From: Octopus vulgaris
Taxonomy: Eukaryota
Length of the DNA stretch: 64,000 bases
NCBI GenBank assembly: GCA_951406725.2
Contig: OX597815.1
Location: forward strand, 45,322,001 to 45,386,000
Reading direction: 5' to 3'
Shown here: piece after piece, positions 13,131 to 25,824 of the stretch
Layout of the letters: every line of letters starts with the position of its first letter
How positions within the stretch are numbered: position 1 is the first letter of the stretch
Made by a program: the position numbers and the translations under genes
Notes under the pieces: generated by a model
The model's database searches: none
What the model was told of the DNA's origin: nothing
The model's input: only the letters and a program-made list of their open reading frames with translations

Positions 13131-13599
13131 TTAACAAGTGAACCTACAGCTTTCTGTATGTTACTTGCTACCCATTCAACTGATTATGCACCAGTATTAA
13201 TTTAGGCGACTATTCTCTTTACTGATAACTATGTGATCTTACGCTGGTATAAGAAATCATAACTTTGTCAGTTTTAATTAAGAGAAGAATAATGTAAAGC
13301 GTTAAATCTCGTCACGTTAAATCTAAGATTGGATCTTTGATGTCCATTGGAAGTCAGTCCATTTTCACTATCTGCTAATACTCAGAAAAAATACATGTAA
13401 GTCATTTCATTCCATTTACATTAATAAGACATTTTCATTTTGGTAAAACACCCCCAAAGATGCGTATGGTCGAATATTTGAACCTGAACTCGATTGCTTC
13501 TTATTTAATCGAATCTCAGAAGAGTGAGAGTGAGACCAGCAGGATTTAAACTTGGAATAGCAAGTGACAAAGCTAGTAGGGTCAGTCGGGGACCGTATG

Positions 13600-14486
<887 letters not shown>

Positions 14487-14528
14487 GTATATGTACATGT
14501 GTGTGTATATATGCAAAATATATACATA

Positions 14529-15671
14529 CTAGCAGTATCGCCCGGCGTTGCTCGGGTTTGTAAGGGAAATAACTATATAAGCATTTTTAGAGAGTTATAG
14601 CCAAAAAATAGAAAAAAATGCATTAAAAATGGAAAAAATATGATGGTAAATATTTTTTAAAATCGTTGACTCATCGTAGACATTTTTAGAGAGTTACTTC
14701 CCTTATATAATAGCGAAAAAATGCATTAAAATGGAAAAATAACGATGGTAAATTTTTTTTTAAATCGTAGACTCATGTAGACGCTTTCTTAGCCATTTCT
14801 GTTTTGGTGTCTTCAAGCCATGAAGTCGTTGTTCTAAAAGAACGCTGGTCTCCTTGACAACGCATTACGACGTTGATTTCCTTACACTCCCTTCCCCACA
14901 GGTGCAGGTGTGAGCGTGGACGCCAACTCCGCCACCATCGACACACGAAAAATTATGCATTAAAATGGAATAAAAAATGATGTTAAATTATTTTTAAAAT
15001 CGTAGACTCATCGTAGATGCGCGCTAATACTCAGACGGGCTCGATATGAATCACGACTATAAGCTACCCGAATTTGGTTAAACTGCACCGCAAAATGTGG
15101 GAGTAGTTAGGAATCTAAATCGAAGGGGACAGACACTCACACAACTAGAGTTTTATATATATAGACTAGCAGTATCGCCCGGCGTTGCTCGGATTTGTAA
15201 GGGAAATAACTATATAAGCATTTTTAGAGAGTTACTCCCCTTATAAATTCGGGCTTTCTAAGCCATTTTTGTTTTGGTGTCTTCAAGCCATGAAGTCGTT
15301 GTTCTAAAAGAACGCTGGTTTCCTTCACAACGCATTACGACGTTGATTTCTTTACACTCCCTTTCCCACAGCTTCACGAGGGAGGGAAGGGGGAGAAGCA
15401 AACAGGTGCAGCTGTGAGCGTGGACGCCAACTCCGCCGCCATCGACACACGATGCATTTTATGCATTAAAATGGAATAAAAAATTATGTTAAATTATTTT
15501 TAAAATCGTAGACTCATCGTTGACGCGCGCTAATAGTCAGACGGGCTCGATATGAATCACGACTATAAGATACCCGGTTTTGGTTAAACTGCACCGCAAA
15601 ATGTGGGAGGAGTTAGGAATCTAAATCGAAGGGGACAGACACTCACACAACTAGAGTTTTATATATATAGA
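14529..15671 (-). mobile_element. Head-to-tail dimer of a non-autonomous Helitron
   Basis: The minus-strand units (15671-15166 and 15165-14529) start with TC and end with a GC-rich subterminal palindrome-like stretch plus CTAG. They sit between A and T with no TSD, and the CTAG|TC junction is exact. Confidence 0.8.
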
Positions 15672-15779
15672 TATACATAGCGCAGTAGTGGTGAGATGTG
15701 ACAGCAAAGAAAAGCATACATTCACTCTCTGCATGCAATTAGACTCAGAAAGTTCGTGAGGAACCCATTGACCCAATTT

Positions 15780-16280
15780 GCTGACTTTTCCGATAGCACA
15801 CAGGTCTCAATGAATGGTTGAATGACCAAATCCAAGCTTCTCTGCTAGTTCCTCAACAGTTACGATGAGATTTTGTTCCACCAGGGTTTTCAGGATGTCC
15901 TTGTCGAGTTCTACAGATCTTTGAGGATGAGGCTCGTCTTCTAGGCTGTAGTTTATGGCTCGGAATTTCTGGAACCACCATTGACACTGCCTTACGCTTA
16001 TTGTCCAATCCCCATATACTGCATTAATATTTCTTGTACTTTCCGTTGCGTTGTTGTCTTTATTGAACTCATAAAGCAAAATATGCCAAATATGCTCCTT
16101 TGTTACTTCCAATATAGCTTTGAAAAAAATAGCTGTTAAAATCGAAATGCACTCTTCAAAACTTGCACTATGAATAAGGACAAGATAAAATTACTACCTG
16201 CTTTTATAGCAAGTTAATATAAGTAGTTTATCCCATTCCCCTCTGACTTTTAGTTCAAGCTGTTGAAAAAACCGCATTAT
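15780..16280 (-). pseudogene. Mariner transposase N-terminal (HTH) fragment
   Basis: ORF 15807-16112 reads EVTKEHIWHILLYEF...INAVYG...WFQKFR...SLEDEPHPQR...VEELAEKLG, a Mos1/Hsmar1-type DNA-binding region. Confidence 0.8.
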
Positions 16281-16650
16281 TATATATATATACATACATA
16301 CATACATACATATACACACACACTCTCTCTCTCACACACATGCACACATTTATATTCTGTTATTCTTTTATATGTTTCAGCCTTGAGGTTGTGGCCATGC
16401 TGGATCATGTGTGTGTGTGTGTGTCTATCTGTCTGTCTGTCTGTATGTATATATGTATATGTATGTGTGTGAACAATAATATTTTCAACAGATGTGTTGC
16501 AAATGTATCTGATTGTTCTCAAGCTTCAATACTGTGTGTGTGTGTATGTGTGTGTGTGTGTATGTATGTATATGTATGTATGTATATGTATGTATGTATG
16601 TATGTGTGGATGTATGTATGTGTGTGTGTATGTATGTATGTGTGTGTGTA

Positions 16651-16681
<31 letters not shown>

Positions 16682-18439
16682 ATGTATGTATGTATGTTTA
16701 CTTTATTACTAACACAAGCCACTACGGTTATTTAATGTAAAGTCTTCCTCAAATCACTCTCTCTGGCTATTTACTCTCTTCCAAGAACATTTTCACTCAC
16801 TCTTATGTGTTAGCTTCCCATACATTTTACTCATGTATCTATCAGCGTGATAGACAGAAACAAATATTACATCTAGTTTCATTTTATTCGTTGCCCACTG
16901 TGTGTGTGCGTTTGCGTGTGGTGTAAACCAAACTAAGAAAAGCATTTGACACACACACCAGAATGTGAGTTTTCTGTAAATTTTGCTTAATTGGAGTTTA
17001 AATTTTAAAAACTGGACCTGGCATGACGCGATGCATTCTACTGTTAAAAATGCTAGGTAAATTGTAATTGAAGAAATCCTATATTGTAGATTTCTATAAC
17101 TCCCAAAGGGAGGCAGATAAAATCTGCCTTTTATAATAAGAGATATAATAAAAGAAGGAAAATGCGCACAGTTTACATAGTTTTAATATATTTTAAATGA
17201 AAGAGTATTGTGGATGTTGACCGTTTTCGCTTTCGCTAATCATGACTTTGAAATTATTGTAATTTCGTATTTTCTTAAGATTTTAGTTCATGTTCTTGTA
17301 TGAAAGGTTATGATTGAATCAACAAGTAGAAAAATCTAAGGGGGGTAATCGGTGATAGACTGGGTGCATTTTCCTTCTTTTACTTTGTATATATATATTT
17401 TGCATTACAACTTAGCACTTGGGGATAATCGAAATTCTCGTCCTTGTTTTCTTACTATATATATAGCTTCCTATTACTTTACCAGTTTCGCACCAACGAA
17501 GAAGCCGTACATAGTTTCTCAAACTTTTAAACGAAAAGGCAGCCAAAACCTACTAATTTACAAAACACAATATCACATTGAACGATATTTCTGAGTAAAA
17601 AGAGAAATAGAGGATACCCACAACTGTAGTGTTTTTTTTTCTTTTTTATTGTAAATTTACTTCCACAGGAACGTCCTAATGTTAAACAATGATACTTCTG
17701 TAAGTGTTACGCTTGCTATTGTTTATTTATTTGCGTCTTTCCATCGAGAGCGACTTGCTGCGTCTACGATGCAATGATCTACCAAGTGAGAAGCTGGTGT
17801 TTTGTATCCTCTCACTAACACTGTATTGTGTCTACGGGTAACACTTTCACTCTCAGTTGCTAACATTAAGAATGAAGCAAGGCGGCGAGCTGGCAGCGTC
17901 GTGAGTATGCCGGGATTGACTTTACCTTTCATATTTTCGGGATCGATAAAATAAGTACTAATTGAGCACTAGGGTCGATCTTATCGATTTATCCCTCTTT
18001 TGAAATTCCTGACCTTGTGCCAAGATTTGAAACCAATATTAAGAATGATGTATATCCGTGTGTCTGTGCTTGTCCCTTATCACGGTTGACAAACTGTAGC
18101 TGTGTTTATGTTCCCGTAACTTAGCGTTTCGATAAAAGAGAGAGAGAGATGGAATAAGTTCTAGACTTAAGCATAAATAAAGACTGGGACGACTCATTAC
18201 GGCTAAAATTCTTCAAGGTGGTGCCCTAGCATGGCTTTGGTCTAAATGACTGAAACGAACAAAATAATTCTATGAAAAATATTGATTAAGAAGCTCCTTG
18301 GAAAGAAAAAGAAACCAAGGTTCTCTTTAACCCAGTATTCTACATGCTATTATTTATTTATTACTTTAAAATTAATGATTTAATATCTCCCGAAATTTCT
18401 AAAGAATTAGCATGTGCTTGTAATGTCAACAAGGTATTT

Positions 18440-18498
<59 letters not shown>

Positions 18499-18802
18499 GT
18501 CTGTCTGTCTGTCTGTCTGTCTATATATCTCTCGTTCTCCCTCTCTCTCTCCTCACTCCCTCTCTGTATATATATACATATATATTTGTATATAATAAAC
18601 CTTTACATAAATAAATAACGTGAAATACACGAAGGGACGAACAAAAAGACAAACGGGTCATTCAAAGCCTTCATTCTTCAGTCAGAAACTGATCCCTCAT
18701 CGCAGATTTCGGCTGTTTAATTCTGAGATCCGCTCTGAATCATATATATATATATACACACACACATATATCTACATATATATATATATAATATATATAT
18801 GT

Positions 18803-18835
<33 letters not shown>

Positions 18836-19320
18836 CATATTATATATATATATATACGTATACACTGACTCACTCACACACACACACGCACGCACACACA
18901 CACACATATACAAACAATACACACACATTAATGGTTTACCTCTGTTCTGTATGTGTGTGTGTGTTTAAGTGTTGCGTGCGTGTGTGTGCGGTTGCTGTTT
19001 TTCCGTATGGCCGTCACCGTTAGACAATTTATAAATATTTTGGCTGAGTCAAAGTCAATGTTATCTTCACAAATCAAAACAAGAGCGAAACTGAAGTGGC
19101 TTGTTGCTAAATATCTGACAAACGTAAAATTCCGTAAATCATCTGATTACAGTTCATCACATGGGAAATACATGCATACATACATACATACACACATACA
19201 TACATACCTACCTACCTACATACATACATACATACATACACACATACATACATACATACATACATACATACATACATACATACATACATACATACATACA
19301 TACATACATACATACATACA

Positions 19321-19354
<34 letters not shown>

Positions 19355-19366
19355 CATACATACATA

Positions 19367-19880
19367 CCGTAAATCCGCGAGTATAATCCGCATTTTCCCC
19401 CAAAAAATTTACAAGTCAAAACCCCTAGTGCATATTATACACGAGGTTAAAAACGAAAATTATTTTCTAAGCAATGTCCGAGTCTCTATTTGCTGTCCGG
19501 CAATGTTTATTCAGACGCATTTTGTGATGTCGGGTGCGAAATATACCTTAAGCTAAGCCTGAAAGCAATGAAGTCATAAAATAATCACCCATAACTTGCA
19601 GTAAGCAACATTTATTAAACGTTATTAATGTTATTTCTTTATTTTCTGCAAACAAAATGCAGAAAATAGGTTCGCGTTTGCATTATGCTATATATACAAT
19701 AATAATATAGTACGTTACCGCATACATTTTTACAAACCAAGGACGTTATATAGACCTCCCTGACTCAAGTTAGAGAAGGTGTGCGTATTATACAGAAGGT
19801 TTAGGTTTTTCAGAGGTACAGCCCCCTAAAACTCCCCTGCGTATTATACTCAAGGGCGGACTGTACTCGAAGATTTACGG
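19367..19880. mobile_element. pogo/Tigger-like MITE inserted in (TACA)n
   Basis: TIRs are CCGTAAATCCGCGAGTATAATCCGC and GCGGACTGTACTCGAAGATTTACGG, with TA on both sides. Confidence 0.75.
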
Positions 19881-20216
19881 TACATACAAAAGAAAGAGGA
19901 CATCTTTAGACAACTGATAAGGATTTTGAAAATCCAGTACCCAAATAACACTTTCAACTTCATAGGTTATTACTGAATCAACGGGTTACATACCAAACTG
20001 TCTGAAGTTGGGTCCTTCGGGAGAGAATGCAAATCGTTATTTCATACACTACAAATGATCGCTATATCTGGGACTACAAAAATCTGTAAGACCTTCATAA
20101 GATTTCAAGGATGATGTACAAACCAAGATGCTTTGCTTCATAACCTTGCTACCAAACAGGTGTACGGTCAAATTTCATTCTAAATTAAAAAGAGAAAGAA
20201 AACAAACATGCAAAGG

Positions 20217-20304
<88 letters not shown>

Positions 20305-20337
20305 TAGACAGACAGATAGATAGATAGATAGATAGAT

Positions 20338-20450
<113 letters not shown>

Positions 20451-20502
20451 TAGGCATACATATATACATGTGTGTTAAGTGTGGTGTACAGGAATTGAAT
20501 TA

Positions 20503-20874
20503 TTGAGAAAAAAGACGTCAGAATTTTAGGAAAAAAATCTTTTCATTTCATCATTAATATCTAGCGATTTCTTCTTTTCTCGAACTTATCAAATAAAATT
20601 TTGTCCATTTATATAAAACAGATGTTTTTGTGGGGTTTTCTTTAGAAGAGAACATTGTTTTTGTTTTTTGGGGTGAGGTACCATGACAATGGAGATGGAT
20701 AGATAGAAATACAGGTAAGTAGATAGACTGATAGATAGAAAGATAGATAGAAAGATAGATAGATAAACGGATAGATAGAAAAACTATTTATCTAGAGAAA
20801 AGAACGAAAGCGCTATATAATAATGAATAAATGAAAAGATTTTTTTCCCAAAATTCTGACGACTTTTTTTCTCA
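20503..20874. repeat. ~80-bp imperfect inverted repeat (MITE-like) just left of the PLE
   Basis: GAGAAAAAAGACGTCAGAATTTTAGGAAAAAAATCTTTTCAT matches the reverse complement of ATGAAAAGATTTTTTTCCCAAAATTCTGACGACTTTTTTTCTC. Confidence 0.6.
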
Positions 20875-20877
20875 GTG

Positions 20878-20980
<103 letters not shown>

Positions 20981-21060
20981 GTGAAAAGGAACACACGAGT
21001 TGATATATATGAAAAAACAAGTAAAAAATAGAAAATGCTAAAATAATTTTATAGCGAACA

Positions 21061-21104
21061 TTTCAGTACCGGTTTCGGTCATTTTGAGACCTTTTCAACT
21101 GTAA
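21061..21104 (-). ncRNA. Hammerhead ribozyme motif (inverted pLTR copy)
   Basis: Reverse complement of the motif at 24428-24471. Confidence 0.75.
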
Positions 21105-21800
21105 CGATTAAATAATTAAATTTAGAAAAATTAGAAGAAAAGTTTTTTTAAAAGAATATTTCGATAGTAGTGTTCAGATTTAAGTGGCATTCTGCCTTTC
21201 TCTGACTCCCTTGTTTGCACTTGTGTGTTCGAGGTAGTTGTGAGTTCTTGGTAGGGTAGTAGAGGGAAGGCTGGTGAGGAAAGGGGGTGGGAGAATCTGG
21301 GAGTGCCCTGATGGTCGTATTTTGAATGGTCAGTGGCGGCTGGCAGTCTCAGTTCAATTCAGGATTGTTTATAGAATTAGCGTAGGTGTTATACTAAAAA
21401 ACATTAGTGACAAACTTAAGGGGTAGGGGGTGGAGAAGAAGAAGAAGAAGAAGAAGAAGAAGAAGAAGAAGGAGAAGGAGAAGATGATGGTGATGGTGGT
21501 GATGATTATGACGACGATGATGATGATAACGATGATGATGAAGAAGAAGAAGAAGAAGAAGAAGAAGAAGAAGGAGGAGGAGAAGGAGAAGATGGTGGTG
21601 ATGATGGTGGTGATGATGATGACGCCGATGATGATGATAACGATGATGATGAAGAAGAAGAAGAAGAAAAAAACAGAGAAGGGAGAATATGAATGGGTGT
21701 AAATATAGCTATGAAGGGGCTGATTAGTAATGGATTCTATGGAGTGTAGTATTTGTGTGTGTATATATATTTTTTTCTTTTATTCTAAAGTTGAGGTATA

Positions 21801-22230
21801 TTAATTGTTTGTCGTAGACCCGTTAAGAAGTGGCTTGTATTTTGTAATAAAGAGATTTTCTTTACTTATTCTTTGTCTCGAGGTTGTATCGTCCCTAAAT
21901 TGGTAGAGGGGGAAAATTCTGAAGTTTGGTGTTTTTTTGTTGGCGCAAGTATCTATGTGTTGGCTAAAAGCTATTTTTCTGTTTTGGGGAATTTTTATCT
22001 GGGATCTGTGCAGGGCCATTCGTTTACGCAAACCATTTTTTGTTTGGCCTATGTACTGCTCTTGACACCCGGAGCAGGTTAGTGAGTATATTAGGTTCTC
22101 CGAAGCACATGTGAAGTTGCTTTTCACTGTAAACCGTTGTCCCTGTTTGAAGGAGAACTCAGAACCCTCGATTAGATAGTCGCATATCCCGCAATTGGGT
22201 CTTCCACATTTTTTTACTGTCGGCTTCTGT
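21801..22230 (-). pseudogene. Inverted fragment of PLE ORF2 (zinc-finger linker plus GIY-YIG)
   Basis: Identical to the C-terminus of 25962-28115, on the opposite strand. Confidence 0.9.
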
Positions 22231-23729
22231 TAAAACCACTCCTCAAACATGTCAAAAGCTATATAAGGGACGACTTAGATATGCTCAATCACCTACCGAA
22301 TACTATAAACAAAAACACCATACTGGTATCCTTCGATGTAGTCAACCTCTACTCCAATATCCCCCACAACCTAGGACTAGAGGCAATCCAATTCTGGCTA
22401 GAGAATCACGCCAACGAACTACCACACCGCATCAAAAAAGAATTTGTGATAGAAGGGGTTAAATTCATCCTGGAAAATAACTTCTTCGCCTTCAATGACA
22501 ACTTCTACCGACAAAAATCGGGGACTGCGATGGGTACACGAATGGCCCCCTCCTTTGCCAACCTAGTCATAGGATACCTAGAGATCAGTCTGTATCGTAA
22601 GGTTCTAGAAAGATATGGCAGCCCTTTCTCCATCTACATAGAAAACAACTGGAAGAGATATCTAGATGACTGTTTCATCCTTTGGCATAAAAATATAGAA
22701 AAACTCATAGAATTCCAGAAAATTTTAAACGGACTGGACGTAAACATCCAATTCACGATGGAATATAGCCAACAACAACTCCCCTTCCTCGATATCCTCA
22801 TTAAGAAAGCTAATAATATAATAGAAACAGACATATACTATAAGCCTACAGACTCTAAGCAATATCTTCCATTCAATTCATGCCACCCCAGACACACCAG
22901 GATGAATATCCCCTTCAATCTAGCAAAAAGGATATGCACTATAGTCTCTAACGCAAACACCAGAGACACACGACTACAAGAACTAAAAGATACCCTAATC
23001 ACCAGGAACTATCCACCTTCACTTATTGACAAGTGCATTCAACGTGCCCTTCAACTTAACATCAAGGAACTGAGACATCCCAAATCAAAGAAAAACTTAC
23101 AACCAAAAGCCTTACCATACATCTCCACACACAACCCTCTCAATAACGAAGCCTTCGACACCATCCTCCACAACATACCCCTCCTAAAAAAAGACCACAG
23201 AATGAACACAATCCTCCAAACACACACGATCATAAAAAGCAAAAGACAGCCTAGATCCATGAAAAGTCTCCTCACACAAGCCCGAATTCACTCTTCAACA
23301 CAGAAGCCGACAGTAAAAAAATGTGGAAGACCCAATTGCGGGATATGCGACTATCTAATCGAGGGTTCTGAGTTCTCCTTCAAACAGGGACAACGGTTTA
23401 CAGTGAAAAGCAACTTCACATGTGCTTCGGAGAACCTAATATACTCACTAACCTGCTCCGGGTGTCAAGAGCAGTACATAGGCCAAACAAAAAATGGTTT
23501 GCGTAAACGAATGGCCCTGCACAGATCCCAGATAAAAATTCCCCAAAACAGAAAAATAGCTTTTAGCCAACACATAGATACTTGCGCCAACAAAAAAACA
23601 CCAAACTTCAGAATTTTCCCCCTCTACCAATTTAGGGACGATACAACCTCGAGACAAAGAATAAGTAAAGAAAATCTCTTTATTACAAAATACAAGCCAC
23701 TTCTTAACGGGTCTACGACAAACAATTAA
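22227..23729 (+). pseudogene. 5'-truncated duplicate of PLE ORF2 (partial RT plus GIY-YIG)
   Basis: ORF 22281-23729 is identical to the last 482 aa of the 717-aa ORF. The copy starts at the inversion junction. Confidence 0.9.
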
Positions 23730-23859
23730 TATACCTCAACTTTAGAATAAAAGAAAAAAATATATATACACACACAAATACTACACTCCATAGAATCCAT
23801 TACTAATCAGCCCCTTCATAGCTATATTTACACCCATTCATATTCTCCCTTCTCTGTTT

Positions 23860-24100
23860 TTTTCTTCTTCTTCTTCTTCATCATCATCGTTATCATCATC
23901 ATCGGCGTCATCATCATCACCACCATCATCACCACCATCTTCTCCTTCTCCTCCTCCTTCTTCTTCTTCTTCTTCTTCTTCTTCTTCTTCATCATCATCG
24001 TTATCATCATCATCGTCGTCATAATCATCACCACCATCACCATCATCTTCTCCTTCTCCTTCTTCTTCTTCTTCTTCTTCTTCTTCTTCTTCTTCTTCTC
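23860..24100 (+). repeat. Compound (CTT)n/(CAT)n/(CAC)n triplet tract in the PLE 3' UTR (also at ~21432-21670 and ~28246-28486)
   Basis: The same compound tract is present in all three copies; the inverted copy is one triplet shorter. Confidence 0.9.
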
Positions 24101-24427
24101 CACCCCTACCCCTTAAGTTTGTCACTAATGTTTTTTAGTATAACACCTACGCTAATTCTATAAACAATCCTGAATTGAACTGAGACTGCCAGCCGCCACT
24201 GACCATTCAAAATACGACCATCAGGGCACTCCCAGATTCTCCCACCCCCTTTCCTCACCAGCCTTCCCTCTACTACCCTACCAAGAACTCACAACTACCT
24301 CGAACACACAAGTGCAAACAAGGGAGTCAGAGAAAGGCAGAATGCCACTTAAATCTGAACACTACTATCGAAATATTCTTTTAAAAAAACTTTTCTTCTA
24401 ATTTTTCTAAATTTAATTATTTAATCG

Positions 24428-24471
24428 TTACAGTTGAAAAGGTCTCAAAATGACCGAAACCGGTACTGAAA
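24428..24471 (+). ncRNA. Minimal type I hammerhead ribozyme in PLE pLTR (U3-A8 variant)
   Basis: Reads ttacag-TTGAAAA-ggtc tcaaaat gacc-GAAA-c cg g-TA-ctgaaa, with palindromic ACCGGT stem III. Cleavage is predicted after A24465. Confidence 0.75.
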
Positions 24472-24588
24472 TGTTCGCTATAAAATTATTTTAGCATTTT
24501 CTATTTTTTACTTGTTTTTTCATATATATCAACTCGTGTGTTCCTTTTCACCCTTATACATATCATTAACCCACACGAGATACAGAAA

Positions 24589-25824
24589 ATGCCGACAAAA
24601 ACAGACACAATCACCTCCATAAACGAAGAAATACTGAAAGAACTCAAGAAAATCAACACAAATTTGTCAACTTTTTTGAACAAATTCGACTCGACACTTC
24701 AACCCAATCGAGAGAACAATGAAGAAACAGATACGAAAAATACAACCTCCGAAATTGTCGAAAACCTTGGAAACTTATGCGAAACAATTAGAACATTTTT
24801 CTCTAACAACGCTAACCAAGGACCTCCAAACGCGTCAATATATGGGATCAATACTCTAACAACATACCAAATGAAACACCACATAATACCACAATGGAAC
24901 AAATCACTCAGAGATAGAAAGTTCGCCTTTTGGAAGATGATCCAAAACAACAACAAAGCGGATATATACGAAAAATGGCTCAACCGGACCCCGTTAATCC
25001 TCCCACGTAAATTCCAGTTCAAAGCTATTACAGAAGAACCTGAAACACAAAGACACCTCAGGGAGAGAATGGCACTGGAAAAAATGAAAATGGAAATAGA
25101 ACTTCTGAAATTGAGGGCCCAAACGAATGAGGATAAAATAAAATCCACCGATGAAGATATCAACGAAGAAATTCGCAAAATGACCCAAGGCCCAGATCAA
25201 GAGAAGTTCTCCAAACTATGGAAAGAGGACTGTGAAAAAGAAGAACTAAAATCTCTCCAACGCTGGGAGAAAAGCGCCACTTGGTTCTCAGACTATGAAG
25301 CCGTCTTTCAAACAGAGCACGCCTCCAACAACCCTTTCCAGAAAATAAGAAAACCAAAACAACACCCAAACACCGATACACACCTGTCTAAAAATCGGAA
25401 CCTTCACTACTATCAAAAAAAGAATACAGGACCCAACCCCAACTCTGTAAGCAGCCAGCGATACAATATCAGGAATACCCCCACTTCAAGCAGAGAAAGG
25501 ATAAATCAACACCCACAGCATAGACACTGCAACCTCATCCCCACCCAAAGGAGTTACCAACGAAATCTTCATCCCATTAACCGGTTAAACAACCATGCAC
25601 AACAAACCCACACCACTTGCAATGATTACCAACGAAGGCCTCCTAGAACACCACACCCGAATATGGGATATCGGGATGCTCTCCTCAATACTGCTCCAAG
25701 AACACACACCACAAATCACAACAGGAGACCCCTAATCAACAAAGAACAACTATATACTAGCTACCGTCCCAACCACCGCATTCATTTTTTAGACCCAATA
25801 CGCAAACACAGAGACACAAGATAG
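24589..25824 (+). CDS. PLE ORF1, 411 aa from the first ATG; predicted coiled-coil region plus basic low-complexity C-terminus; function unknown
   Basis: An uninterrupted ORF within the repeat unit, with ATG at 24589. It has heptad-like E/K/L-rich stretches and an R/H/N/P/Q-rich tail. Confidence 0.8.
   Translation: MPTKTDTITSINEEILKELKKINTNLSTFLNKFDSTLQPNRENNEETDTKNTTSEIVENLGNLCETIRTFFSNNANQGPPNASIYGINTLTTYQMKHHIIPQWNKSLRDRKFAFWKMIQNNNKADIYEKWLNRTPLILPRKFQFKAITEEPETQRHLRERMALEKMKMEIELLKLRAQTNEDKIKSTDEDINEEIRKMTQGPDQEKFSKLWKEDCEKEELKSLQRWEKSATWFSDYEAVFQTEHASNNPFQKIRKPKQHPNTDTHLSKNRNLHYYQKKNTGPNPNSVSSQRYNIRNTPTSSRERINQHPQHRHCNLIPTQRSYQRNLHPINRLNNHAQQTHTTCNDYQRRPPRTPHPNMGYRDALLNTAPRTHTTNHNRRPLINKEQLYTSYRPNHRIHFLDPIRKHRDTR

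Noticed and set aside
24538-24588. ORF1 start at GTG 24538 from the ORF track
   Set aside because: In a eukaryotic context the first ATG at 24589 is the more plausible start.
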